NCBI GenBank assembly: GCA_903845055.1
Contig: CAIMWF010000154.1
Coordinates: 9,596-73,595, forward strand
Origin: an uncultured Bacteroidales bacterium
Lineage (GTDB): Bacteria > Bacteroidota > Bacteroidia > Bacteroidales > FEN-979
Length of the DNA stretch: 64,000 nucleotides
Direction of reading: 5' to 3'
The notes beneath the pieces were generated by a model, which did no database searches, had not been told where the DNA came from, and saw only the letters and a program-made list of their open reading frames with translations. Made by a program: the position numbers and the translations under genes. Below, in pieces: positions 1 through 8,987 of the stretch (its first letter is position 1; each line of letters begins with the position of its first letter).

Positions 1-128
1 GATCTGGGTGATGTACCCTGTCATGTATTCCCCCGAAATTTCCTTCTGGGGTTCATCGCTTCCCGATTGGTCAAGCAACGCGCCGAGGCCTCTTCCCAGG
101 GCTTTTCTCTTTCCGTGCGTATCAGACA
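1..128 (-). CDS. parB: ParB/Spo0J partition protein, N-terminal fragment (continues beyond window start)
   Basis: ATG at 126-128 on the minus strand overlaps the parA stop (ATGTCTGA). My translation [22 protein letters not shown]... carries the conserved ParB N-terminal GRGLxALL motif. It is absent from the ORF track because it has no stop in the window. Confidence 0.75.
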
Positions 129-925
129 TTGATCTCTTTTTCAGCGTTTGTCAACCTGGTAAGGTTGTTTTTTTGAAGAATCTCCCTGGCAAGGTTCAGA
201 TAATTGATTGCACCCGAACTGTTGATGTCGTGCATCATGATTGTCAGACCGAAACTGGGTGCTTCTCCCAGTTTTGTATTCCGGTTGATGATCGTGTTAA
301 ACACCATCTGCTGGAAATGCGTTTTCACCTCTTCCACCACCTGTTTGGCCAGGCTGAGGCGGTTGTCGAACATGGTAAGGAGGATTCCCTCGATATCCAG
401 TTCGGGGTTCAGCCGCGATTGAACGATCTTAATGGTATTGAGCAGTTTCCCGAGGCCCTCCAGAGCAAAATATTCACATTGAACGGGAATGATGACCGAA
501 TCGGCCGCGGTGAGCGAATTGACGGTAATGAGGCCAAGCGACGGGGAACAGTCGATGATGATGAAATCATAATCATCCTTGATCCGGGCGATGACCTTGC
601 GCATCATTTTCTCCCTGTTCGGCAGGTTGATCATTTCAATTTCGGCTCCCACCAGGTCGATATGGGCAGGCAGCAGGTCGAGGAAGGGTGTGGAGGTATT
701 CAGGATGATGTTGCGGGCTTCGACATCATCGATAATGCATTCGTAAATGCTGGTTTTGATGTTGCGCGGATCAAAACCCACGCCCGAAGTGGCGTTGGCC
801 TGAGGATCGGCATCAATGACCAGGGTCTTGTATTCCAGCACGGAAAGTCCCGCCGCCAGGTTGATCGCCGTCGTGGTTTTTCCTACACCGCCCTTCTGAT
901 TTGCAATTGCAATTACTTTACCCAT
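122..925 (-). CDS. parA: ParA/Soj chromosome-partitioning ATPase
   Basis: [24 protein letters not shown] deviant Walker A. I trimmed the start to the ATG at 923-925; the longer ORF to 1027 adds a non-homologous extension. Confidence 0.95.
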   Translation of the reverse strand: MGKVIAIANQKGGVGKTTTAINLAAGLSVLEYKTLVIDADPQANATSGVGFDPRNIKTSIYECIIDDVEARNIILNTSTPFLDLLPAHIDLVGAEIEMINLPNREKMMRKVIARIKDDYDFIIIDCSPSLGLITVNSLTAADSVIIPVQCEYFALEGLGKLLNTIKIVQSRLNPELDIEGILLTMFDNRLSLAKQVVEEVKTHFQQMVFNTIINRNTKLGEAPSFGLTIMMHDINSSGAINYLNLAREILQKNNLTRLTNAEKEINV

Positions 926-1051
926 GTAATGATTTAACAGGATTACAAAATTACGATAAAAGTCAACACCTGGAAGATTGTTGAAAAATTCTGAAAAGTA
1001 GCAACGTGCCCAATTGAAGGACATCATCCGGAACAGGATTGTCCCGCAGGA

Positions 1052-1435
1052 TCAGATTTTGTCGGATTCTGAAGCCAGATCCTCGAACTCAATGGTTTTG
1101 TGGGTCATGTTTTTCATCGCGGGTACATCCTCCACCAGCGATTCGGTGTCAAATTCAGGCCGGTCGGGAGCCTTGCCGGTACGAATGAATTCAATCACAT
1201 CACTTAAACCGTTGGCAAATTTGTCAAAATCCTCCTTATAGAGAAAAAGTTTGTGCTTCTCGTAGAAAAATTTGCCCTGCTCATTGTTAAACCTTCTTTT
1301 GCTTTCGGTGATCGTAATATAATATTCCTCACCAACAGTAGACTTTACATCAAAAAAATAAGTACGCTTTCCTGCGCGGACAGGGCGTGAAAAAATTTCC
1401 TCCCGTTCGCGTTCCTTATTTTCATTTTCTTCCAT
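1052..1435 (-). CDS. PUR-alpha-like DNA/RNA-binding protein (DUF3276 family)
   Basis: RAGKRTYFFDVKSTVGEEYYITITESKRRF matches my recollection of the bacterial Pur-alpha repeat family. Size is 127 aa. Confidence 0.65.
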   Translation of the reverse strand: MEENENKEREREEIFSRPVRAGKRTYFFDVKSTVGEEYYITITESKRRFNNEQGKFFYEKHKLFLYKEDFDKFANGLSDVIEFIRTGKAPDRPEFDTESLVEDVPAMKNMTHKTIEFEDLASESDKI

Positions 1436-1534
1436 TCTGCAGTCTCGTTAAGATTTGTGGATCGACATCGTTCATTTCAGTGAACGCAAAAATAAAAATA
1501 TTATTTGAAAACTAAATTTTATTTCTTTATTCCG

Positions 1535-1542
1535 TAGCTTTG
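1535..1542 (+). promoter_or_regulatory. Bacteroidota-type -7 box TAGCTTTG upstream of nusB
   Basis: Matches TAnnTTTG, 48 nt upstream of the ATG at 1590. Confidence 0.5.
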
Positions 1543-1589
1543 CAGCCCTTGACACGCAATTTACATATGTTCTTTTTCATACCCTCGTT

Positions 1590-2552
1590 ATGTTAGGCAG
1601 GAGACATTACCGGATAAAAACATTACAGGCCTTGTATGCCTATTTCCAGGGAGGTGAGGCAAGACTTGAGATCGCCGAAAAAAACCTCCTGCAGAGCCTT
1701 GATAAGGTTTATGAACTCTATTATCTCCAGGTATCCTTCCTGCTCGAAGTCATCCATTTCTATCGTTTCCGTACCGAGGAATCCAAAACCAAGTTCTATC
1801 CGACACCCGACGAGGTCAACCCCAGTTATAAACTGGCAGAGAACCGGGTGGTGCAGCAATTGCAGCACAACCTCGATCTTGCCGACCAGTTCGTCAATTA
1901 CAGGGTTTCCTGGACCGAGGAGCAGGAGATGGTGCGCAAAGTATACCAGAAGCTGAAAGGAAGCAAGGATCTTGCCGATTACCTTGCATCCGGGACCAAT
2001 TCATACCGGGAGGACCAGGATTTTCTCGAGCGGATGTTCCGGAAATATATCGCCAAATCGGCCGACCTTCAATCCTATTTTGAAGACCGCAATATTTTCT
2101 GGGAGGATGATTTTGAAGTTGCAGCCGTCTTCGTGCTGAAAACGATCAAACTGATGACCGAATCCTTTGGTGAAAGGGATACCCTGACAGGTTTGTTTAC
2201 CAGGGAGCAGGATGAAGATGCCGATGAGGACCGGAAGTTTATCCTGGAGTTGTTCCGCAAAACCGTCATGCACAGTGATGAATCGGCTGCACTGATCGAA
2301 ACGCGTACCAAGAACTGGGAACTCGACCGCATTGCCCTTACCGATGTCCTCCTGATCAAAATGGCACTGACCGAACTGACCGTTTTTTCACAGATCCCGG
2401 TAAAGGTAACCATGAACGAATACATCGAGATATCCAAGCAATTCAGCTCCCAGAAAAGCAAGCTTTTTATCAATGGCATCCTCGATAAACTTGTCACCGA
2501 CCTGACAGAAGCAAAAAAGATCAAAAAAACAGGCCGGGGATTGATGACCTAG
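1590..2552 (+). CDS. nusB: Transcription antitermination factor NusB (long Bacteroidota form)
   Basis: N-terminal RIKTLQALYAY and C-terminal SKLFINGILDKL NusB motifs. 320 aa. Confidence 0.85.
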   Translation: MLGRRHYRIKTLQALYAYFQGGEARLEIAEKNLLQSLDKVYELYYLQVSFLLEVIHFYRFRTEESKTKFYPTPDEVNPSYKLAENRVVQQLQHNLDLADQFVNYRVSWTEEQEMVRKVYQKLKGSKDLADYLASGTNSYREDQDFLERMFRKYIAKSADLQSYFEDRNIFWEDDFEVAAVFVLKTIKLMTESFGERDTLTGLFTREQDEDADEDRKFILELFRKTVMHSDESAALIETRTKNWELDRIALTDVLLIKMALTELTVFSQIPVKVTMNEYIEISKQFSSQKSKLFINGILDKLVTDLTEAKKIKKTGRGLMT

Positions 2553-2556
2553 GCAA

Positions 2557-2604
2557 ATTACGATTGACGATTGACGATTTCCGATTTACGATTGACGAAT
2601 TACG
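2557..2604. repeat. Degenerate heptamer tandem repeat (ATTGACG-like, about 7 units)
   Basis: attacg/attgacg/attgacg/atttccg/atttacg/attgacg/aattacg read directly, starting immediately after the nusB stop. Confidence 0.85.
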
Positions 2605-2677
2605 GGATATCCGGATGTGGGAATAAAATAAGTAGGTGGAAATTCCGTTAGCAGATAAATAAACCAACAACCATCGC

Positions 2678-3745
2678 GTGCAAAATATTTTCCGCAGAAA
2701 TCTTTTGACGATCGCTATGCTCGGCCTGCTTGCCTTACAGGCAGAGGCCCAGGTAGGAGGGTACGGAACCTATAAATTCCTGAACTACACAAATTCGGCG
2801 AGGGCTGCAGCGCTCGGTGGAAATTTCCTCTCCATAAACGACAATGACGTATCGCTCACCCTTGCGAATCCTTCGCTGATTACACCTGAAATGAACAATA
2901 ACCTGGCATTCAGCTATGTAAATAATCCCGGCGGGGTCAATTACGGGTATGTGGCCTATGCACGTTCTTTCAGCAAAACAGGCAGTTTTGTCGGCAGTCT
3001 CCAGTATATCAACTACGGCAAATTCACCGGCGCCGATGCGGCCGGCAACCTGACAAACGATTTTAACGCAGCCGAGTATGCCTTGACGGTTGGATGGGGC
3101 AGGCAGCTTTCGCCCCTGTTCTCCATCGGGGCCAACGGGAAACTGATCTATTCCCAGCTTGACACTTATCACTCTTTCGGCATCGCCGTCGATGTAGCCG
3201 GTACCTATACATCAAAGGACAAGTCGTTCAATGCCTCCCTGGTGGGCCGGAACATCGGGTCGCAGATTGTACCCTACCTGCCCGGCCAGTATTCTTCGCT
3301 GCCTTTTCAGCTCCAGGTGGGGCTGTCGCAGCAACTGAAACATGTGCCCCTGAGGTTTTCGCAATTGCTGACCAACCTTCAGCGCTGGGACCTGACCTAC
3401 CTCGATCCCACCGATCCGGCCAATATCCCTGACCCGATCACCGGGGAGGTAAAATCGAAGACCGGTATCGCAAAATTCGCCGACAATGCCATGCGGCATA
3501 TCATTCTTGGCGCCGAGCTGACCGTTGCAAAAGTCGTTTCCGTCAGGATCGGCTACAATTACCAGCGCCGCCAGGAACTCAAGATCAATGGCTCGGCCGG
3601 CCTGGCAGGCTTTTCATTCGGCGCGGGACTTCGTGTGAAAATGTTCAGCCTCAGCTATACCTATGGAAGCGACCAGGGCGGCTCGCCAAACAGGAATTAC
3701 ATCACCCTCGCCATCAATCTCCGGGAATTTACTAAAAAGCAATAA
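2678..3745 (+). CDS. Outer-membrane beta-barrel protein, probably T9SS PorQ family
   Basis: Signal peptide ending ALQAEAQ. YKFLNYTNSARAAALGG...ANPSLI resembles the PorQ N-terminal signature as I recall it. GTG start. Confidence 0.5.
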   Translation: MQNIFRRNLLTIAMLGLLALQAEAQVGGYGTYKFLNYTNSARAAALGGNFLSINDNDVSLTLANPSLITPEMNNNLAFSYVNNPGGVNYGYVAYARSFSKTGSFVGSLQYINYGKFTGADAAGNLTNDFNAAEYALTVGWGRQLSPLFSIGANGKLIYSQLDTYHSFGIAVDVAGTYTSKDKSFNASLVGRNIGSQIVPYLPGQYSSLPFQLQVGLSQQLKHVPLRFSQLLTNLQRWDLTYLDPTDPANIPDPITGEVKSKTGIAKFADNAMRHIILGAELTVAKVVSVRIGYNYQRRQELKINGSAGLAGFSFGAGLRVKMFSLSYTYGSDQGGSPNRNYITLAINLREFTKKQ

Positions 3746-3747
3746 GT

Positions 3748-4626
3748 TTGCAGGTTACCATCGATCCGCGTTCCGGCTTCTGTTTTGGTGTGGTTTATGC
3801 CATCGGCGTCGCGGAGCGTGAACTTGCAAAACAACCTGTCCTTTACTGCCTTGGCGACATCGTGCACAACGGCATGGAGGTGGAACGGCTGCGCAGGGCA
3901 GGGTTGCGGATCATCGGTCATGAAGAACTGAAAACCCTCCGTCACTGCAAAGTCCTGATCAGGGCTCACGGCGAGCCTCCTGAGACTTATGCAACAGCCT
4001 TCAGGAATCACATCGAACTCATCGACGCTTCCTGCCCGATCGTGCTCAACCTTCAGAATGCCGTCGGAAATGATTACAACGAAATGCTTTCACGAAACGG
4101 GCAGGTGGTGATCTACGGGAAACAAGGTCACGCGGAGGTAAACGGACTGAACGGCCAGGCCGGGGGCAACGCAATCATCATTTCAGGTGAAAGTGACCTT
4201 GACCAGGTTGATTTTGGGCGCCCTGTCAGGCTTTTCAGCCAGACGACCATGCCGGTGGACGGATTTGACAAAATGGTTCAGGCCATCCGAAGCAGGATGG
4301 AGGATGCTGCCAGTGGCAAACAAATTGATTTCGTATGGAACGACACCATCTGCAGGCAGGTATCCAACCGCTCGGCACACTTGCATGATTTTGCTGGGCG
4401 CCATGATGTGATTATATTTGCAGGGAGTGAACACAGCTCGAACGGAAAAGTTCTGTATAAGGTTGTGAAAGAGGCGAACCCGAAGTCTCACTTTATTGCG
4501 GGTCCCGGGGATCTTGAGGCTGAATGGTTCAGGGATGCCGCTTCGGCCGGAGTTTGCGGTGCGACGTCCACACCCATGTGGCTGATGGAAGATATCGAAA
4601 AAAAAATCGAGGAAATTACCCGCTGA
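3748..4626 (+). CDS. ispH: 4-hydroxy-3-methylbut-2-enyl diphosphate reductase
   Basis: DPRSGFCFGV...LGDIVHN... typical IspH/LytB. TTG start 3 nt after the previous stop. Confidence 0.9.
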   Translation: MQVTIDPRSGFCFGVVYAIGVAERELAKQPVLYCLGDIVHNGMEVERLRRAGLRIIGHEELKTLRHCKVLIRAHGEPPETYATAFRNHIELIDASCPIVLNLQNAVGNDYNEMLSRNGQVVIYGKQGHAEVNGLNGQAGGNAIIISGESDLDQVDFGRPVRLFSQTTMPVDGFDKMVQAIRSRMEDAASGKQIDFVWNDTICRQVSNRSAHLHDFAGRHDVIIFAGSEHSSNGKVLYKVVKEANPKSHFIAGPGDLEAEWFRDAASAGVCGATSTPMWLMEDIEKKIEEITR

Positions 4627-4627
4627 A

Positions 4628-5728
4628 ATGTATCTGCAAAAACTACTGTTGGTCGGTTTTAAAAATTATCTGCAGGCGGAATTCAACTTTTCCGCCAGGA
4701 TCAATTGCTTTGTCGGCAACAATGGCACCGGGAAAACCAACCTCCTCGATTCGATTCATTACCTTTCATTCTGTAAAAGTTTTTTCTCGAGTCTCGACAC
4801 ACAGAATATCCGGCACGGGGACGATCTTTTTGCCATCCACGGCACCTTTCTGCGGGGTGATGATACAACCGACCTGGTGCAGTGCATCCAGAAAAAGCAG
4901 CAGAGGAAGCGGTTCCTGTTAAACCTCACCGAGTACGACCGGCTCGCCGACCATATTGGCAATTTCCCTTTGGTGATGATTTCACCATACGACCGCGACC
5001 TCATCAACGATGGAAGTGAATTGCGCAGGAAATACATCGACAGCGTGATTTCCCAGTTCGATAAATTTTACCTTGACGACCTGATTCAATACAACAAGGC
5101 GCTGTTTCAGCGTAATGCCCTCCTTAAAAGTTTTTCGGAGCAGCAATACTACGACCAGACCATGATCGAGATATGGGATGAACAGATGATCAAACTGGGT
5201 GAAAAAATATTTGCAAAGCGTCAGGAATTCCTGGAGCGCTTTATCCCGCTTTTCCAGGAATATTTCAGGTTCCTGAGTTCCGGGTCCGAAACGGTAGGGA
5301 TCCGTTATATTTCGCAGCTGGCCGGAACCACCTTCCGCGACCTGTTCTCCGGGGCCCTGGGGCGCGACCGGGCCGCACAGTATTGTACGGTTGGGATACA
5401 CAAAGACGATCTTGAATTCCTTCTCGATGACTACCCGGTGAAAAAATTCGGGTCGCAGGGACAGCAAAAATCGTTTGTCATTGCCATAAAACTTGCCCAG
5501 TTCGAATATACCCGGAAGGTAAAGGGGTTCAAGCCGATCCTCCTGCTCGACGACATCTTTGACAAACTTGACGACCTGCGCGTTTCGCAACTCATCAAGC
5601 TGGTCAGCGAAAACAGTTTCGGACAGGTCTTCATTACCGATACCAGCCACGAACGCATCAAGGCCGTTTTCGAGTCGATGGAGATCGAGCACAGCATTTT
5701 TAACCTCCCTTTGCCTGCCGAAGCATGA
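4628..5728 (+). CDS. recF: DNA replication/repair protein RecF
   Basis: GNNGTGKTNLLDSI Walker A and LLLDDIFDKLD signature. 366 aa. Confidence 0.95.
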   Translation: MYLQKLLLVGFKNYLQAEFNFSARINCFVGNNGTGKTNLLDSIHYLSFCKSFFSSLDTQNIRHGDDLFAIHGTFLRGDDTTDLVQCIQKKQQRKRFLLNLTEYDRLADHIGNFPLVMISPYDRDLINDGSELRRKYIDSVISQFDKFYLDDLIQYNKALFQRNALLKSFSEQQYYDQTMIEIWDEQMIKLGEKIFAKRQEFLERFIPLFQEYFRFLSSGSETVGIRYISQLAGTTFRDLFSGALGRDRAAQYCTVGIHKDDLEFLLDDYPVKKFGSQGQQKSFVIAIKLAQFEYTRKVKGFKPILLLDDIFDKLDDLRVSQLIKLVSENSFGQVFITDTSHERIKAVFESMEIEHSIFNLPLPAEA

Positions 5729-5765
5729 CTTTTCATCCCTATCTTTGCACAAAGAATCCCGAAAA

Positions 5766-6056
5766 ATGAGAAGATCGAATGCGAAACCACTGAAGGCGGC
5801 AATCGAGGAGTTCCTCGATTCGTTTCATCTTCGTGATAAGCTGAACGAAGCCAGGGTGATCGCAGCCTGGGAAAAGGTTGTGGGTGAGATGATCGCCAAA
5901 AATACCGGGAAGCTCCAGATCCGGAATAAAGTGCTCTTCATCAGGGTTGAATCGGCGGCACTAAGAAATGAACTGATGTTCGCCCGCCAGAAAATCATCA
6001 CCGCCCTAAACAAAGAGGTGGGGGCTAATGTAATTACAGAGATCGTCCTGAGCTAG
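5766..6056 (+). CDS. DUF721 (recF-associated) protein
   Basis: MRRSNAKPLKAAIEEFL...IAAWEKVVG... is the typical DUF721 found directly downstream of recF. I trimmed the start to the ATG at 5766. Confidence 0.8.
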   Translation: MRRSNAKPLKAAIEEFLDSFHLRDKLNEARVIAAWEKVVGEMIAKNTGKLQIRNKVLFIRVESAALRNELMFARQKIITALNKEVGANVITEIVLS

Positions 6057-6080
6057 GAACCAGCGGTAATCAGTGACCGT

Positions 6081-6108
6081 AATTTTTAATCTTTAATTTA
6101 TAATTGAC
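6081..6108. repeat. Heptamer tandem repeat (AATYTTT-like, 4 units)
   Basis: aattttt/aatcttt/aatttat/aattgac in the convergent intergenic gap. Confidence 0.6.
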
Positions 6109-6116
6109 TTTCCCGG

Positions 6117-6728
6117 TTATTTTATCTCGCACGAAATCAGCTTTTCCTCCCCGATGAAGCCTTCCAGCCGGTCGCCGATCTTTACCGGTCCGACGCCTGC
6201 CGGTGTTCCCGTAAAAATGTAATCCCCCGTTCGAAGGGTCATGAAGCCTGAAATGTAGGAGATGATATCTTCGAATGGATAGATCATCAGCCCGGAGTTC
6301 CCCGACTGGACGGTCTTACCGTTCAGGTCGAGGTGAAACCGAATGTCTTTCAGGTCGCTGAATTGTTCTTTCGGTAAAAACCTGCCAAGCGGGGCCGACT
6401 GGTCGAATCCCTTGGCGAGGGTCCATGGCAGCCCCTTTTGCTTTGCAGAATCCTGGAGGTCGCGGGCGGTCATGTCGAGCCCGATGCCGATCTCGTCAAA
6501 ATAGGTGTTGGCAAACTGTTTCCGGATGCTTTTACCCACCTTGCAGACCTTTAAAACAAGTTCAGCTTCGTAATGGATCTCCTTTGAAAAGGAGGGGTAA
6601 TAAAATGGCCTGTTGCGGATCAGCAGGGCTGAATCGGGTTTCAGGAAAAATACCGGTGATGCCGGAATAGCGTTGTTGAGTTCCCTGATGTGGTCAACAT
6701 AGTTGCGTCCGATGCAGATGATCTTCAT
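6117..6728 (-). CDS. Fumarylacetoacetate hydrolase (FAH) family protein
   Basis: MKIICIGRNYVDH...FLKP...GTPAGVGP are typical FAH-fold motifs. Confidence 0.85.
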   Translation of the reverse strand: MKIICIGRNYVDHIRELNNAIPASPVFFLKPDSALLIRNRPFYYPSFSKEIHYEAELVLKVCKVGKSIRKQFANTYFDEIGIGLDMTARDLQDSAKQKGLPWTLAKGFDQSAPLGRFLPKEQFSDLKDIRFHLDLNGKTVQSGNSGLMIYPFEDIISYISGFMTLRTGDYIFTGTPAGVGPVKIGDRLEGFIGEEKLISCEIK

Positions 6729-6746
6729 GCCAGGAGATTTTTAAGG

Positions 6747-7577
6747 TCAGATCAGGTCGAGTTTTACAGATTCATTGTTGAATCCCCTGAGTTTTAACAT
6801 GGTGAGCACTTTCTTGGTCGACAACGGGAACTCGCCCTTCATCATCCAGTCATAATAGGAAGGTTCGTCGCGCAATACGCTGGCAACTGGCTTCCCTTTA
6901 TGTTTCCCGAAGTTGAATACCTCTACGTGCTTGTCGTTGAAAACGATATGGCCGATCAGGTCGACGTTGCGCATTCCGAACGAAAACTCACTGAGTACCT
7001 TGATGTCGTTGACGACAGGTTGTGTTTCCACCCCCTTCTTGTCTTTTAAGGTAACCGACGCGTAATGGTCCAGCTGGGCCTTCAGGATTTCATAGGTCGC
7101 AATGGTATCGGCTTCAGCGCTGTGTGCATTGACGAGTTCCTTGTTGCAGTAAAATTTGTAGGCGGCGCCCAGGTTCCTGGGTTCCATTTTATGGAAGATG
7201 TTCTGAACATCGACAAAACGACGGCCCTTCAGGTCGAAATCGATGCCGGCACGCAGAAACTCTTCTGCCAGCAGCGGGATGTCAAAATGGTTGGAGTTGA
7301 ATCCTGCAAGGTCGCAACCCTCGAGAAAGGAGGCAAGTTCGCGGGCCACCTGCTTAAAGGTCGGGCAATCCTTTACATCCTCATCGGTGATCCCATGGAT
7401 GGCCGTGACTTCAGGCGGGATGGGCATTTCAGGGTTGATCCTCATGGTGTGCGTCTGCGTTGTCCCGTCAACCTGCTCCCGCAGGATGCAGATCTCGACA
7501 ATGCGGTCGGTCGCTACCCTGATCCCGGTTGTTTCAAGGTCAAAAAAGGCGATGGGCCTGGTAAGGTTAAGCTTCAT
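6747..7577 (-). CDS. DnaQ-like 3'-5' exonuclease (DEDDh) with C-terminal extension
   Basis: ExoI FFDLETTG, ExoII NSNHFDIPLL and ExoIII HSAEADT. The start overlaps the upstream stop by 1 nt (TGATG). Confidence 0.8.
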   Translation of the reverse strand: MKLNLTRPIAFFDLETTGIRVATDRIVEICILREQVDGTTQTHTMRINPEMPIPPEVTAIHGITDEDVKDCPTFKQVARELASFLEGCDLAGFNSNHFDIPLLAEEFLRAGIDFDLKGRRFVDVQNIFHKMEPRNLGAAYKFYCNKELVNAHSAEADTIATYEILKAQLDHYASVTLKDKKGVETQPVVNDIKVLSEFSFGMRNVDLIGHIVFNDKHVEVFNFGKHKGKPVASVLRDEPSYYDWMMKGEFPLSTKKVLTMLKLRGFNNESVKLDLI

Positions 7578-8911
7578 CAGATGGGTTGATTTTGGTCAAA
7601 ATTTTCAAGATAAAGGACGATCCTGCTGAGGAATTGTCCGCCCAGCGCGCCGTCTATCACCCGGTGATCATAGGTTACGGAGATCATCATGACCGGCCTG
7701 ATGGCCATGGTGTCGCCGTCGGGGGTTTCAACCACCACCACGCGTTTTTTGATGGCGCCGACCGCCACGATGGCGGTCTGGGGCTGGTTGATGATCGGGG
7801 TTCCCATCAGGGTTCCGAAAGAACCAAGATTCGTCAGGGAGATGGTGCCACCTGAAATCTCGTCGGGAACCAGTTTGCCGGTCCGGGCACGTTCGGCAAG
7901 ATCGTTCACCGATTTGACGATCCCCAGCAGGCTCTTTTCATGCGCGCTGCGGACCACGGGCACGATGAGGTTGAAACTAGGCAGGGCCACGGCCATCCCG
8001 ATGTTTACATTCTTGTGTATGACGATCTTGGTGCCATCGACGGATACATTGACCATGGGGAAATCGCGGACACTTTTTGCGATCGCATCGATGAAAATGG
8101 GGGTGAAGGTGAGTTTCTCATTTTCACGTTTCAGGAAACCGTCCTTGTTTTTGTCGCGCCATTGCACCACGCGGGTCATATCGACCTCCTGGAAGGAGGT
8201 GACATGCGCTGAAGTCTGCACCGACCTGACCATGTGATTGGATATCAGCTGGCGTATCCTGTCCATCTCCACAATGCGGTCTTCGCCCGGGATCACCTGC
8301 GCAATGGCATGGGGTGCGACAACCGGGGCTGCTGCGGCAACCTCCTTCGACGGAAGGATGACCTCCTTGATGCCAGCCTTCCTGTCCTTCAGGTAATTGA
8401 ACAGATCCTGCTTGGTGAGCCTGTCGTCCTTGCCGGTCCCGGAAATGGTGTCGAGTTCGGTAAAGGAGATGTTCTCCTGCAATGCGATGCTCCTTACAAG
8501 CGGTGAGTAAAAACGGGTTCCGGAGGCGGCTGCCGTTTCATGCGGGTCGGGGCTTTCAGGTCCGATGACATACGATTCCGGAGGGCTTCCGGCCGGTGCA
8601 GTAGCGGGTATGGCTGAGGCGGCCGGCATCGCTTCGGCAACAGCAACGGGTGCCTTCGCTTTTTCACCACCTTCAAGTTCTACAAGTGCGAATATAGCGC
8701 CTACCGGGACAAGGCTGCCCTCGGCGAATAATTTTTTTACAAGTTTCCCTGAAACAGGAGAGGCGATTTCAGAATCAACTTTGTCCGTGGCGATTTCAAC
8801 AATGGCTTCATCTTCCTGTATCATTTCGCCTTCGTTCTTTAACCACCGGGTGATGGTCGCTTCAATGACACTTTCGCCAAGTTTTGGTATAACTACCTCA
8901 TAATTCGACAT
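7577..8911 (-). CDS. 2-oxoacid dehydrogenase E2 (dihydrolipoamide acyltransferase)
   Basis: Lipoyl domain EIATDKVDSEI, an E3-binding segment, and catalytic DHRVIDGA. I trimmed the start to the ATG at 8911 because the ORF's TTG at 8938 lies inside the promoter box. Confidence 0.9.
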   Translation of the reverse strand: MSNYEVVIPKLGESVIEATITRWLKNEGEMIQEDEAIVEIATDKVDSEIASPVSGKLVKKLFAEGSLVPVGAIFALVELEGGEKAKAPVAVAEAMPAASAIPATAPAGSPPESYVIGPESPDPHETAAASGTRFYSPLVRSIALQENISFTELDTISGTGKDDRLTKQDLFNYLKDRKAGIKEVILPSKEVAAAAPVVAPHAIAQVIPGEDRIVEMDRIRQLISNHMVRSVQTSAHVTSFQEVDMTRVVQWRDKNKDGFLKRENEKLTFTPIFIDAIAKSVRDFPMVNVSVDGTKIVIHKNVNIGMAVALPSFNLIVPVVRSAHEKSLLGIVKSVNDLAERARTGKLVPDEISGGTISLTNLGSFGTLMGTPIINQPQTAIVAVGAIKKRVVVVETPDGDTMAIRPVMMISVTYDHRVIDGALGGQFLSRIVLYLENFDQNQPI

Positions 8912-8935
8912 ATGCAATGGCTTAATAGATTTATG

Positions 8936-8943
8936 CAAAGGTA
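8936..8943 (-). promoter_or_regulatory. -7 box TACCTTTG upstream of the E2 gene
   Basis: The minus-strand sequence tacctttg lies 25 nt upstream of the ATG at 8911. Confidence 0.5.
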
Positions 8944-8987
8944 ATGCTTTTTCTTATTTTGAACCATTCAAAATAAAAATATGTTTT

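Noticed and set aside
8-937. 309-aa plus-strand ORF
   Set aside because: It is the antisense shadow of parA. It has no recognisable motifs and low-complexity composition.
4982-5752. 256-aa minus-strand ORF opposite recF; similar long antisense ORFs at 11962-12861, 19159-20442, 21475-22377, 26026-26619, 54680-55405, 58000-58770, 62577-63086, 63102-63359 and 63468-63800
   Set aside because: Each lies entirely inside a confidently identified gene on the other strand (recF, clpX, M16 peptidase, GT2, argS, ffh, thrS). All have Arg/Gly/His/Val-rich shadow-ORF composition.
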